A stretch of DNA of 64,000 nt from Faecousia sp. (GCA_045652545.1 JAZRUM010000080.1:1355-65354); one strand, 5' to 3'. Positions 29,089 through 38,989 are shown, numbered from the stretch's first letter. The notes: generated by a model from the letters alone, not told the origin. Program-made: numbers and translations.

Positions 29089-29775
29089 TTACATAGCAAG
29101 CATTCCAATGAGGTTTACAGCCATGTGGATCAAAATTGGTGCCCAAATGGTATCTGCTTTTGCATAAGCCCACGCAAGGAATACACTGGCGGGGATATAT
29201 TGCAAAAAGCATAGTGCCAGACGCAGCGGTGGATACAGTCCAATGTAACCAATCACGTGCAGAGCGGCAAACACAGCCACAGAAACAATGTATGCAATCA
29301 CAGCATTTTTGCGGTATAGCTGACCGAACACCAGACCTCTGTAGAGTGTTTCCTCAGCAACAGGCACAAGAAGCACGGTAGCAACTGTCATCAACTGTTG
29401 GTTCTGCTCTGTCAGTGTCGCAATGGCATCGTCATTGACATTATAGAATGTGGGATCAAGATATACCACCAAATAATTCACAAGAATACTGCCGACCCAA
29501 TAGTATGCAAAGCCTTTTAAACATGTAATCAAAACACTTCCCGGATTCCGGAGCAATATGCCGAAGGAACGGATCAGAAATCTGCTGAATATTACAGTTA
29601 CACAGATGAAATTGACCCCAAAAAACGCAAAATTCAGCGATGCTTCAGACAGAGTCTGAGGGATAAAGGAATTGATGATTACAAGAAGAAGAGGTAAAAC
29701 AAAAATTTGGACCGGTATATAAATGGATCCTAGAATGATCTCACTGCGATGCATGGAAAAAGCTAATTTTTTCAT
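29089..29775 (-). CDS. CPBP-family intramembrane metalloprotease
   Basis: PVAEETLYRG, FAALH, PILIHMAVN; multiple TM segments. Confidence 0.9.
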   Translation of the reverse strand: MKKLAFSMHRSEIILGSIYIPVQIFVLPLLLVIINSFIPQTLSEASLNFAFFGVNFICVTVIFSRFLIRSFGILLRNPGSVLITCLKGFAYYWVGSILVNYLVVYLDPTFYNVNDDAIATLTEQNQQLMTVATVLLVPVAEETLYRGLVFGQLYRKNAVIAYIVSVAVFAALHVIGYIGLYPPLRLALCFLQYIPASVFLAWAYAKADTIWAPILIHMAVNLIGMLAM

Positions 29776-29776
29776 A

Positions 29777-32380
29777 TTAATTCAACATCTTTTTCAGCTT
29801 GTAAAGCTCGTTCATAGCTTCGATTGGTGTTAGGGTTTCTACGTTGATATCTTTGATTGCGGCGCATACCTGCTGAGAATTCAGATCCAGCAAGCTGATC
29901 TGATCTTCCGGCTCTGTACAGACGGTTCTTCTGGGTGCTGCACCTTCATCCTCCAGATCCTGAAGAATTTGTCTTGCACGGGAAATCACACTGTTTGGCA
30001 GTCCTGCCAGTTTTGCAACCTCAATACCGTAGCTGTCATCGGTTGCTCCGGGGACGATCTTTCGCAGGAAGATCATTTTGTCGCCACGTTTTTTTACAGC
30101 AATGTTGTAATTCTTTACGTTGGGCAACTGATCCTCAATTGCGCTGAGTTCATGGTAGTGTGTTGCAAATAAGGTTTTTGCGCCTAAGTGCTTTGGATCG
30201 GCAACGAATTCCAATACCGCCCGGGCAATGGACATGCCGTCGTATGTAGATGTGCCTCTTCCGATTTCGTCCAGGATCAAAAGGCTTTTGCAGGTGGCGT
30301 ATTTTAAAATGGATGCCACTTCTGCCATTTCTACCATAAAGGTGGATTGTCCGGATGCCAAATCATCACTTGCGCCGATTCTGGTGAATACACGGTCTAC
30401 CAGTCCGATTTTAGCACTTCTTGCCGGAACGAATGAGCCGATTTGCGCCATCAAAACGATCAGCGCAACTTGGCGCATATAGGTAGATTTACCGGCCATG
30501 TTAGGACCTGTAATAATGGAAACCTGATTTTCTGCAGAACCCAACTGTGTGTCATTTGGAACAAACAGTGTGTCCTTAAGCATCGTTTCCACAACAGGGT
30601 GCCGGCCGTTGATAATGGAAATTTCGCTGCCCTGAGTAATCTCGGGGCGGCAGTATCCCCGTTGCACAGCCACAGATGCCAGAGAACACAACACGTCGGC
30701 TGTGGCTACCGCAGAAGCGGAGATCTGCATACGGGATGCCTGCTGTGCCAGATGTTCCCGCAGGGAGTTAAAGATCTGATACTCCAGCGCAGTCAACCGT
30801 TCTTTTGCAGTAAGGATCTGATTTTCCAGGTCCTTCAGTTCTTGCGTAATATACCGCTCGCAGTTTGCAAGAGTCTGTTTGCGAATGTAGTGCTCCGGAA
30901 CTTGATCGATAAAGGACTTGGATACCTCGATATAGTAACCGAAAACTCTGTTGTAGCCTACTCGTAACGTACGGATTCCTGTTTTTTCTTTTTCTGCCGA
31001 TTCGATGGCGATGATGGTACCCTGACCGCCGTTCATAATGTCACGCAGACGGTCAGCTTCCTCGTTGGCACCATGGCGGATGATTCCGCCTTCCCGTACT
31101 GTCAGCGGAGGTTCGTCAACGATGGTATTCTCAATTAAGTCAGCGCAATCTTCCAGAGGATCGATGGCTTGCTCCAGCTTCTGCAGCAGCGGTGCATCTA
31201 AGGTTTTCAGTTGCTGCTTCACAATAGGCAAAGAACGCAAACCCCGCGCCAAACCCAGCAGATCCCGGCAATTGACAGTGCCTGTTACGATTCGGGTAAC
31301 GACACGCTCCAGATCGGTAACGTTTTTTAACGCATCAATCAGTTCACCTCTGCAAATTGTGGAGTTTACCAATTCTTCCACAGCCGTGTGTCTGCGTCCG
31401 ATTTCTACCGCATCCAGCAGTGGCTTTTCCAGCCAGCTGCGCAGCATTCTGCCACCCATGGCGGTTTGTGTTTTATCCAGCACCCACAGCAGTGTGCCTT
31501 TCTTTTCCTTAGATCGGAGGGTCTCCGTTAATTCCAAGTTCCGCCGGGCATCCATATCCAGCTCCATAAATCTGCCGGTGGTGTAGTATTGCAGCTGACG
31601 GATATGGTTAAGATCATTTTTTTGCACAAAGCGCAGCAGCTGGAGCAAAGCGCCTGCAGCGATTGTGGCAGCGGGCAGACCGGTCAGCGCCAGCTGTGCT
31701 AAGGGTTGTTTAAAGTGCGCTTCCAATAGATTCTGCGCTGCATCCAAGTTAAATTGTTCCGGCTTGCCTTCGTCCACACAGCAGTTTAATCGGTGAAACA
31801 AGGCGTCCTCCAGAGGGGCAACTGTAACATTCTCGCCACCGCGCAGTACTTCAGAAGGAGAGAATCTACCCAGTTCTGACACAGCTGCCTGAACATCAGT
31901 GCATTGGGTTACAAAAAACGCACCGGTTGAAACATCGCAGAAGGAAAGACCGTAACAGTTTTCCAGACCGAAAATACAGGCGATATAATTGTTTTTGCTT
32001 TCGTCCAGCATACAGCTTTCGGTAACAGTGCCGGGCGTGATGATCCGGGTGATATCACGCTGTACAATGCCCTTTGCCAGAGCAGGGTCTTCCATTTGTT
32101 CACAGATGCCCACTTTATAGCCTTTTGCAACCAGTCGGGCAATATAGGCTTCTGCACTATGGTAGGGAACACCGCACATAGGGGTTTGTTCCTCTTTGGG
32201 CTTGTTTCTGTCCCGGGTGGTTAACGTCAGATCCAGTTCTTTAGCTGCCACCTTAGCATCTTCATCAAACATTTCATAGAAGTCGCCAAGTCGAAAAAAC
32301 AGAATGCAGTCCTGATTGCTTTCTTTGATTGCATTATACTGACGCTTCATGGGTGTCAGTTCGTTCTTTACATCAGCCAT
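29777..32380 (-). CDS. mutS: DNA mismatch repair protein MutS
   Basis: TPMKRQY, FFRLGDFYEMF, TGPNMAGKST, DEIGRGTST, SYGIEVA. Confidence 0.98.
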   Translation of the reverse strand: MADVKNELTPMKRQYNAIKESNQDCILFFRLGDFYEMFDEDAKVAAKELDLTLTTRDRNKPKEEQTPMCGVPYHSAEAYIARLVAKGYKVGICEQMEDPALAKGIVQRDITRIITPGTVTESCMLDESKNNYIACIFGLENCYGLSFCDVSTGAFFVTQCTDVQAAVSELGRFSPSEVLRGGENVTVAPLEDALFHRLNCCVDEGKPEQFNLDAAQNLLEAHFKQPLAQLALTGLPAATIAAGALLQLLRFVQKNDLNHIRQLQYYTTGRFMELDMDARRNLELTETLRSKEKKGTLLWVLDKTQTAMGGRMLRSWLEKPLLDAVEIGRRHTAVEELVNSTICRGELIDALKNVTDLERVVTRIVTGTVNCRDLLGLARGLRSLPIVKQQLKTLDAPLLQKLEQAIDPLEDCADLIENTIVDEPPLTVREGGIIRHGANEEADRLRDIMNGGQGTIIAIESAEKEKTGIRTLRVGYNRVFGYYIEVSKSFIDQVPEHYIRKQTLANCERYITQELKDLENQILTAKERLTALEYQIFNSLREHLAQQASRMQISASAVATADVLCSLASVAVQRGYCRPEITQGSEISIINGRHPVVETMLKDTLFVPNDTQLGSAENQVSIITGPNMAGKSTYMRQVALIVLMAQIGSFVPARSAKIGLVDRVFTRIGASDDLASGQSTFMVEMAEVASILKYATCKSLLILDEIGRGTSTYDGMSIARAVLEFVADPKHLGAKTLFATHYHELSAIEDQLPNVKNYNIAVKKRGDKMIFLRKIVPGATDDSYGIEVAKLAGLPNSVISRARQILQDLEDEGAAPRRTVCTEPEDQISLLDLNSQQVCAAIKDINVETLTPIEAMNELYKLKKMLN

Positions 32381-32382
32381 TT

Positions 32383-33795
32383 TTATTCCTCTTCTTTCAA
32401 AATACCCGTAAGGCTCCATGTGGTTGCACCGGTTATGGTTACATATTTGAAGTTTCCGATTAGGGATGCATCCCCGGGCAAACGCACCAAGCGTCCGCCT
32501 TCCGTGCGGGCAGTCAACAGATCCTTGTCTGTTCCGTCGATCAAACACCGCATGGTTTTGCCCACATATTGCTTATGAATTTCTTCCGATATCAAGTTCT
32601 GCAATTCACAAAGACGGTCAAACCTTTGGTTCTTTTCCTCTTTTGAAACGGGGTCTTCCATTTTTGCTGCGGGAGTACCGGCTCTCGGTGAAAAAATAAA
32701 CGTGAACAGAGCGTCGTATTGTACATCCCGGATGAGGGAAAGGGTTTCTTGGAATTCTTCCTCGGTCTCGCCGGGGAAACCTACGATCACGTCGCTGGTC
32801 AGCACCAGCTGAGGCATTACCGACTTGGCATATTTCACCAGTTCAAGGTATTTTTCCCGGTCATAATGCCGGTTCATAGCCTTGAGAACCCGGGTGGAAC
32901 CCGACTGGAAAGGCAGATGCAGCTGTTTTGCAATTTTCGGGGAAGAAGCCATGGTATCAAATAGCTTTTTGCCTGCATCTCTGGGGTGACTTGTCATAAA
33001 ACGAATCAAAAAATCCCCCGGAATTTCTGCGATCTGGGTGAGCAGATCGGAAAAGTCTACGTTACAATCCAAATCTTTGCCATAGGAATTGACGTTCTGA
33101 CCCAGCAGGGTGATCTCTTTTGTGCCGTTTTCGATCAGTGTGCGGCACTCGGCCAGAATGTCCTCCGGCTTACGGCTGCGCTCTCTGCCTCGGACATACG
33201 GTACGATGCAGTAGGTGCAGAAATTGTTGCAGCCATACATAATGGAAACCCACGCCTTTAATGTGTTGTCTCGCATCTGGGGGAGACCCTCAACAATAGA
33301 GCCGGGCTCATCCTCAACAAAATAGGCGCGCTTTCCGGTGATCAGTACAGTATACAACAGCTCCGGAAACTGCCACAAATGGTGGGTGGAAAAGACACCG
33401 TCAACATGGGGATAGCTGCGCTTAATGCGCTGAACCACATGTTCCTGACCGGCCATGCAGCCACACAAGAAAATCTTTTGATTGCTGTGACGACGTTTTG
33501 TGTGGGTCAAAGCGCCCAGATTACCAAACACCCGTTGCTCTGCATGCTCCCGTATGGCACAGGTGTTCATGACCACAACATCAGCCCCTTCGGGACTGTC
33601 GGTGATGGAATAGCCGCTGTCATGCAAAATTCCCCGGATTCGCTCAGAGTCCGCCTCGTTTTGCTGACAACCATAGGTTTCTACATAGGCTTTGGGCACG
33701 ATATTCCGGTCGTGCCAGTAGGCTTGGATCTTATCGCAAAAGGCAAGTTGCGCTTCCAGCGCATGCCTGGATATTACTGTAGTTTTATTCATCAC
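32383..33795 (-). CDS. miaB: tRNA-2-methylthio-N6-dimethylallyladenosine synthase MiaB
   Basis: TYGCQQNEADSE, NTCAIREHAE, GCNNFCTYCIVPYVRGRERSR. Confidence 0.96.
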   Translation of the reverse strand: MMNKTTVISRHALEAQLAFCDKIQAYWHDRNIVPKAYVETYGCQQNEADSERIRGILHDSGYSITDSPEGADVVVMNTCAIREHAEQRVFGNLGALTHTKRRHSNQKIFLCGCMAGQEHVVQRIKRSYPHVDGVFSTHHLWQFPELLYTVLITGKRAYFVEDEPGSIVEGLPQMRDNTLKAWVSIMYGCNNFCTYCIVPYVRGRERSRKPEDILAECRTLIENGTKEITLLGQNVNSYGKDLDCNVDFSDLLTQIAEIPGDFLIRFMTSHPRDAGKKLFDTMASSPKIAKQLHLPFQSGSTRVLKAMNRHYDREKYLELVKYAKSVMPQLVLTSDVIVGFPGETEEEFQETLSLIRDVQYDALFTFIFSPRAGTPAAKMEDPVSKEEKNQRFDRLCELQNLISEEIHKQYVGKTMRCLIDGTDKDLLTARTEGGRLVRLPGDASLIGNFKYVTITGATTWSLTGILKEEE

Positions 33796-33961
33796 GGAGG
33801 TGCTCCTTTTGATACTATCTCAACTATAGATGATAACATTTTTCTTGTGTTTTTGCAAGGGTAGACTGGGTAAAATTGTGAATTCTTTATGAAAAACTTG
33901 CAATTACAATTATAACGTGTTAAACTATGCCTAACCATTTCCAAGAAGGAGAATGAAACCA

Positions 33962-35389
33962 ATGATTTGTAAATTTTGCAATGCAGAGGTGGAAGAGGAT
34001 CAGCGCATTTGCCCAGTTTGCGGCAAAGAGCTGATCGAGGAGCCGACACCGGATACAGAAGTTCCCGTGCAGGAGGAACCTGTTGTAGCAGTTGCTGATC
34101 AGGAAATTGACGAAGATCTGCCGGAGCAAGAAGAACCTGAGGTGGTGCCTGAGGATGAACCGAAGCCGAAAAAGAGCGCAACTCCGCTTGTGCTGTCCAT
34201 TATTGCAGCGGTATTGGCGCTGGCATCTCTGGCGCTTTTGCTGATGATCGCACTGGGAATTGATATCAAAAGCTTCCTGCCGCGAAAAAATGATATTTTC
34301 AATAAAGATTCCTACACGGTTGTGGACGATAAGGCTGAAAAAAATGGTGACACAGTGATCGCGACCATAGCTGGCAAAGAGCTGACCAATGCACAACTGC
34401 AGATTTACTACCGGATGCAAGTGATTGATTTCCTGAACTACTACGGCAGCTATTTGGATCAAATCGGATTGGATCTGGAGAAACCCTTAAGCGAGCAAAC
34501 CTGTTATCTTGAGGACGATAAGACTTGGGAACAGTATCTTCTGGGAATTGCCATTCAGACGTGGCAGAACTATCAGGTAATCGAACTGATGGCTGAGGAA
34601 GAAAACTTTGAATTAGGTGAAGAATACAAGCAGTCGCTGGATGCAATGCCTGAGGATCTGAAGGAGCAAGCCACCGAGGCTGGATTTGACAGTGTTGATG
34701 CCTTGGTGCAGGATGTGATCGGACCGGCTTGCTCAGAAGCATTGTATATGGACTATGTTCGTTTGGCCTTTACTTGCGAAGCCTACTATAATGCCATTAA
34801 TGAACAGATGAAGCCCAGTGACGACGAAATTGCTGCATATTTCGATGAAAATGCAGATACCTTTGCCGAAAGCGGTATTACCAAAGAGATGGGCAATATC
34901 GCTGATGTTCGGCACATTTTGGTATGCCCTAAGGGTGGCACCAAAGACGAAACCACCGGCGCGACCACCTATTCTGAGAAAGAATGGGCAGCCTGCCTTG
35001 CAGAAGCTGAGAAGATTCTTGACGAATGGAAGAAGGGCGCAGCCACGGAAGAAAGCTTTGGAGAACTGGCAAAGACCTACACTGAGGATACCGGTTCTGC
35101 TTCTACCGGCGGTCTGTATGAGGACATTGCCCCCGGCGCCAGCTATGTTGAAAACTTCCTGAATTGGTCTATCGATATGAACCGTCAGAAAGGCGATACA
35201 GACATTGTTAAGACGGAATACGGATATCATATCATGTACTATGTGGAAGGCACGCCCTACTGGAAGGATGTTGCCGCAACACAAATGATTTCAGAGAAAA
35301 TGACAGAGAAAACGGATGCTGCAGAGGAAAAATGGCCCATTACTGTTGATTACCGTAAAATCGCCATATCCCAACTGGATCTTTCCTAA
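33962..35389 (+). CDS. Membrane-anchored parvulin-type peptidylprolyl isomerase with N-terminal zinc ribbon
   Basis: CKFC..CPVC, acidic linker, TM helix, VRHILV, F.ELAKTYTEDTGS..GGLY, KTEYGYHIMY. Confidence 0.88.
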   Translation: MICKFCNAEVEEDQRICPVCGKELIEEPTPDTEVPVQEEPVVAVADQEIDEDLPEQEEPEVVPEDEPKPKKSATPLVLSIIAAVLALASLALLLMIALGIDIKSFLPRKNDIFNKDSYTVVDDKAEKNGDTVIATIAGKELTNAQLQIYYRMQVIDFLNYYGSYLDQIGLDLEKPLSEQTCYLEDDKTWEQYLLGIAIQTWQNYQVIELMAEEENFELGEEYKQSLDAMPEDLKEQATEAGFDSVDALVQDVIGPACSEALYMDYVRLAFTCEAYYNAINEQMKPSDDEIAAYFDENADTFAESGITKEMGNIADVRHILVCPKGGTKDETTGATTYSEKEWAACLAEAEKILDEWKKGAATEESFGELAKTYTEDTGSASTGGLYEDIAPGASYVENFLNWSIDMNRQKGDTDIVKTEYGYHIMYYVEGTPYWKDVAATQMISEKMTEKTDAAEEKWPITVDYRKIAISQLDLS

Positions 35390-35412
35390 CAGTAAAAAAT
35401 CCACCGGTTTAA

Positions 35413-35689
35413 AGGCGAGGCTTCATAAGACAGTATTCGCTTCAAACGCAATCTTTTTATCCAATACTGCAAAAACCGCTATGGTAGGCGTTAGCCTTAC
35501 CATAGCGATTTTTCTTGTCTTGTAGTAAAAATCTTCGCTTTTGGAGTGCTTGCAGTTTTGCCGTTTGGATTTTTCTTTTTCACAAAGAATAGACGTGCAG
35601 AAATACTTTGTGTATTTCAAGAGGATATTCTGAAGTGAATGGAAAAAAGACTGCGGCAAAACCGAATAATGTCTTATGAAACCCCGCCT
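35413..35689. mobile_element. 277-bp MITE-like structured element (Y-shaped), in terminator loop
   Basis: 27-bp TIR (24/27 match) AGGCGAGGCTTCATAAGACAGTATTCG; two long internal hairpins; flanked by AAATCCACCGG / CCGGTGGATTT. Confidence 0.7.
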
Positions 35690-36932
35690 AAGATCCGGTG
35701 GATTTCATTTTATTTTGGTGGATTTTCATACTGATCATGCGAACAGTTGCAGAACTGAGCAAAATGCCAACTGCCATAATTCCGGCAATGGCGACAGTAC
35801 GGATACCCTCGTTTGCAAAGCTGATCATATCACTGCGTACTGCGTGGGTCATGGTATAGTACACACCTGCACCGGGAATGAGTGGGAATATAGAACTTAC
35901 CAGGTAGGAAATAGCAGGTTGTTTTCGCAGGCGCGCCATTATTTCAGAGTAAACCGTTACGGTTACCGTAGCCCAGAAATAGGTTGCCACGATACCACCG
36001 CCGTACATGCCTATGATGCGGTAGGTTAGCCATGCAAGCACACCGCCCAACGCGCATAGAAAGCTGCCAAAACCGTGGATATTAAATAATATCACGAAGC
36101 CAAGAGAACCAATGTAACAGGCAATCAATTCGGTGATAAGATGATGGTTGATTTGCATGCTTTCAATGGGTGCACCAAAGAGAGAATTTGTCAGGCTCCA
36201 GGCGGCACCGGTGCCTAATGCAATGGCTGCTGCAATCAGAAAAACGTGCACAACGCGATTTACGCCGGAATTTGTATCGCCATAGATAATATCACGCATG
36301 GCGTTTGTGAACAACAATCCGGGCACCAGGATCATAAGCGCGCCGATAATTACCGCGTCAACATTGTGCGCAATATTGAGAATGCTTGTTAAGTACGCAA
36401 TCAGCGCCATGAGGAAGGATGCGGAGATGGTTTTGAAAAAGGGGTTTGCTTTTAAATTGTCCAGCAGCATTGCGACCAGCCCGATCACGATGCCGCAGAT
36501 ACCGGAACAAATGCTGTCCCCAAAAGAACCGCCAAAAAGAATACAAAATCCTGCGCCGCCCAGGAAATTACCTAAAAGATGTATGGCGATCGGATAGTTT
36601 ACTTGCTTTTCCGCAGCTTCGTTTAACCACTGTCTTGCAACAGCCGGAGCTGGTTTTTCTGAGCAAATTCTGCGACTGATGTTGCTGTATTTTTCAACTG
36701 CGTACAAGTTGCTGCCGTGGAAACCGATGCGTCGGACACGTGTGATCGGTGTGCCGTCGGGCGTGTCCATACTGACATGCAGGCAGTTGGGAATGGCAAA
36801 TACTTCCGCATTAACGTTATAGGTGCGCATGATTCTGTTAACACTATCTTCAATGCGGAATGTTTCCGCACCGTTTATTGCCAGACGATATGCCAATTCT
36901 ACAACAACATCAAACAATGTATGATAATCCAT
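35688..36932 (-). CDS. Threonine/serine exporter family (ThrE/YjjPB fused)
   Basis: GAETFRIED, LMILVPGLLFTNAMRDI, PLIPGAGVY. Confidence 0.9.
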   Translation of the reverse strand: MDYHTLFDVVVELAYRLAINGAETFRIEDSVNRIMRTYNVNAEVFAIPNCLHVSMDTPDGTPITRVRRIGFHGSNLYAVEKYSNISRRICSEKPAPAVARQWLNEAAEKQVNYPIAIHLLGNFLGGAGFCILFGGSFGDSICSGICGIVIGLVAMLLDNLKANPFFKTISASFLMALIAYLTSILNIAHNVDAVIIGALMILVPGLLFTNAMRDIIYGDTNSGVNRVVHVFLIAAAIALGTGAAWSLTNSLFGAPIESMQINHHLITELIACYIGSLGFVILFNIHGFGSFLCALGGVLAWLTYRIIGMYGGGIVATYFWATVTVTVYSEIMARLRKQPAISYLVSSIFPLIPGAGVYYTMTHAVRSDMISFANEGIRTVAIAGIMAVGILLSSATVRMISMKIHQNKMKSTGS

Positions 36933-36948
36933 AAAAGACCTCTTTAAT

Positions 36949-37638
36949 TTATTGATCGGTTGTGATATTACAAACGGTCAAAAGGGAGTTTTGAACTCTA
37001 AACCGGATATTTAAATTACCAAAGGACATACCATAAATTCTGTCGCTGTCTTGATGATAAGACGGTCTTGGGTCGTGTGACAGAAGGTCGATTACTGTTT
37101 GGCGTTTGTATTCGGGAATTTTGGACAGAAGATCTTCCGGTATGTGAACCCGAAGGATATATTCATCGGCGCTGTCTGTGAAGCCGCCTATAGCATCCGG
37201 ATGACAGTCCGCATAGGGGATGTAAGGCTTGATGTCAAAAATGGGAGTGCCGTCCATCAGATCAGCTCCGGATACGTGGATCACAGCGCCGTATTTTGCG
37301 GTTTGTTCAATACCGAGAATTTTGACGCTGGATAGACCCAAAGAATTCGGACGGAAAGGGGAACGGGTCGCAAATACGCCAATGCGCTTGTTGCCGCCCA
37401 ACCGGGGTGGACGGACAGTAGGTGACCATTCTTTTCCGACAGCTTCGGAAAACTGCCATATGATCCACAGATGGGAAAAGTCCTCTAGACCCCGCAAAGC
37501 ATCGAAATTTCGGTATTCCGGTTCAAAAATAATCGTTGACTGCAAGGATTCGACCAATCCGCTCTGTCTTGGAATTCCAAATTTTGTTTGGAAGTCGCTT
37601 TTCATCCGTGCAATAATTTTGATTTCGGCTTGATTCAT
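36949..37638 (-). CDS. tsaA: tRNA (N6-threonylcarbamoyladenosine37-N6)-methyltransferase TrmO/TsaA
   Basis: KFGIPRQSGL, TVRPPRLGGN..GVFATRSPFRPN, DGTPIFDIKPY, DPRPSY. Confidence 0.95.
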   Translation of the reverse strand: MNQAEIKIIARMKSDFQTKFGIPRQSGLVESLQSTIIFEPEYRNFDALRGLEDFSHLWIIWQFSEAVGKEWSPTVRPPRLGGNKRIGVFATRSPFRPNSLGLSSVKILGIEQTAKYGAVIHVSGADLMDGTPIFDIKPYIPYADCHPDAIGGFTDSADEYILRVHIPEDLLSKIPEYKRQTVIDLLSHDPRPSYHQDSDRIYGMSFGNLNIRFRVQNSLLTVCNITTDQ

Positions 37639-37827
37639 AGCTCTTATCGCACCTTTCTAAATAAAAAAGAAACAGCAAACAGCATTGCTCCGCACCAATG
37701 CGCCGGGCAGGACCAAGTAGGAAATAAATCTTTTCATTACCGACAGCATCTATAAAAGGGTACATAAATACAATAACATACTTTGTCAAGAAAAAGGAGA
37801 TCGGAATCCGATCTCCTGAATGTTATA

Positions 37828-38058
37828 TTAATGGGCATTTAGCCAGGTGTTTACCTTTGTTTTTGCCAGGTGCAAAATATCTTCCTGCGGATACGGTGAA
37901 GCAGCGCCGCCGTTTACGTACAGGAAGTATAGACCTTCCGGCGTTTGAAACAGTGTTTCTTCAAAACCTGCAGGGTCACCGAAACTGCCAAATGTGTATT
38001 TTTTGACAATAGAACCGGTTTGTGTATCGAATTCTTTTTTTCGTATGATTTTCTTCAT
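37828..38058 (-). CDS. Small hypothetical protein
   Basis: Strong AAAGGAGG RBS, upstream TATAAT, downstream hairpin AGGAGATCGG-AAT-CCGATCTCCT; MKKIIRKKEFDT..EETLFQT..G.YFLY..GG. Confidence 0.8.
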   Translation of the reverse strand: MKKIIRKKEFDTQTGSIVKKYTFGSFGDPAGFEETLFQTPEGLYFLYVNGGAASPYPQEDILHLAKTKVNTWLNAH

Positions 38059-38262
38059 GGGCATATCCTCCTTTCTCGCAATTTACCCTTTAATTATACG
38101 GGAACTATCCGCAAAATCAAGCGAATTTATAACTTTTGTACATTTTTTGAAAGATGCTGCTCAGGGAATAAATTTTCGTATGCAATTTTAACAAAGACGC
38201 TGCAGCCGTATAGACTGGTTTTGGAAAATGTGGTAAAATATTCATAATTGGCAGGTGATTTT

Positions 38263-38901
38263 ATGAAAGACTTTCCGTTCTTTACGACACAATCCGGCGT
38301 AGCCGGATTAACGTTAAAAGAAATCCCCTATAGTGGAAATGCGTACATTACAATCCATGAAAGTAACGATCCGCAGAAACTGTTACGAGAATGCCTGGAT
38401 TTTTGCTTGGCTCTTGATGCAAAGGCTGTTTATGCATCCGGACATTGCTGCCTGGAGGAGTATCCATTTCATACATCAGTCATTGCCATGGGTTGCCTGC
38501 GTGAGCAGTTAGGGGATACAGAAGCTGAATTAGTCCCCCTTAGGAAAGAAACGATATTGGAATTTTGCTTAATCTATAATCAGGCAATGAAAGATGTTCC
38601 CAACGCATCGTACATGACCCGAAGAGAGGCAGAAAAGGTGCTTCAAAAGGAAACTGGATATTTCGTGTACAGCGCTGACCGATTGCTGGGCATCGGTATA
38701 GCAGGTGGTAACCGTATCGATGCCATAGCCGCTGTTGTTGCCGGATGCGGCAAGGATGTTTTTCTGGCATTAAATAAAGCTTTGATCGGACAGTGGGCAG
38801 AAGTAGAGGTAGCATCCACAAATGTGCGTGCGGTCAAGCTTTATGAAAAATTAGGTTTCACCAAACATGCTGAATTTAGCAAATGGTATAAAATTTTTTA
38901 A
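38263..38901 (+). CDS. GNAT-family acetyltransferase-like protein
   Basis: C-terminal VEVASTNVRAVKLYEKLGF motif. Confidence 0.75.
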   Translation: MKDFPFFTTQSGVAGLTLKEIPYSGNAYITIHESNDPQKLLRECLDFCLALDAKAVYASGHCCLEEYPFHTSVIAMGCLREQLGDTEAELVPLRKETILEFCLIYNQAMKDVPNASYMTRREAEKVLQKETGYFVYSADRLLGIGIAGGNRIDAIAAVVAGCGKDVFLALNKALIGQWAEVEVASTNVRAVKLYEKLGFTKHAEFSKWYKIF

Positions 38902-38902
38902 C

Positions 38903-38977
38903 TGTCAAGGAAAAATACTTGACAAACCCTGTGGTATCGTGTATGATACACAAAGTGTCAAGTAAAACCACTTGACA
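38903..38977 (+). promoter_or_regulatory. ylxM-ffh promoter flanked by two TGTCAAG-N8-CTTGACA palindromes
   Basis: TTGACA(38919)-17nt-TATGAT(38942); palindromes 38903-38924 and 38956-38977. Confidence 0.8.
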
Positions 38978-38989
38978 GGAGGATCTGGT

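Noticed and set aside
35423-35659. Short ORFs inside the structured elements (also 48735-48977)
   Set aside because: No RBS or transposase motifs; the sequence is explained by hairpins.
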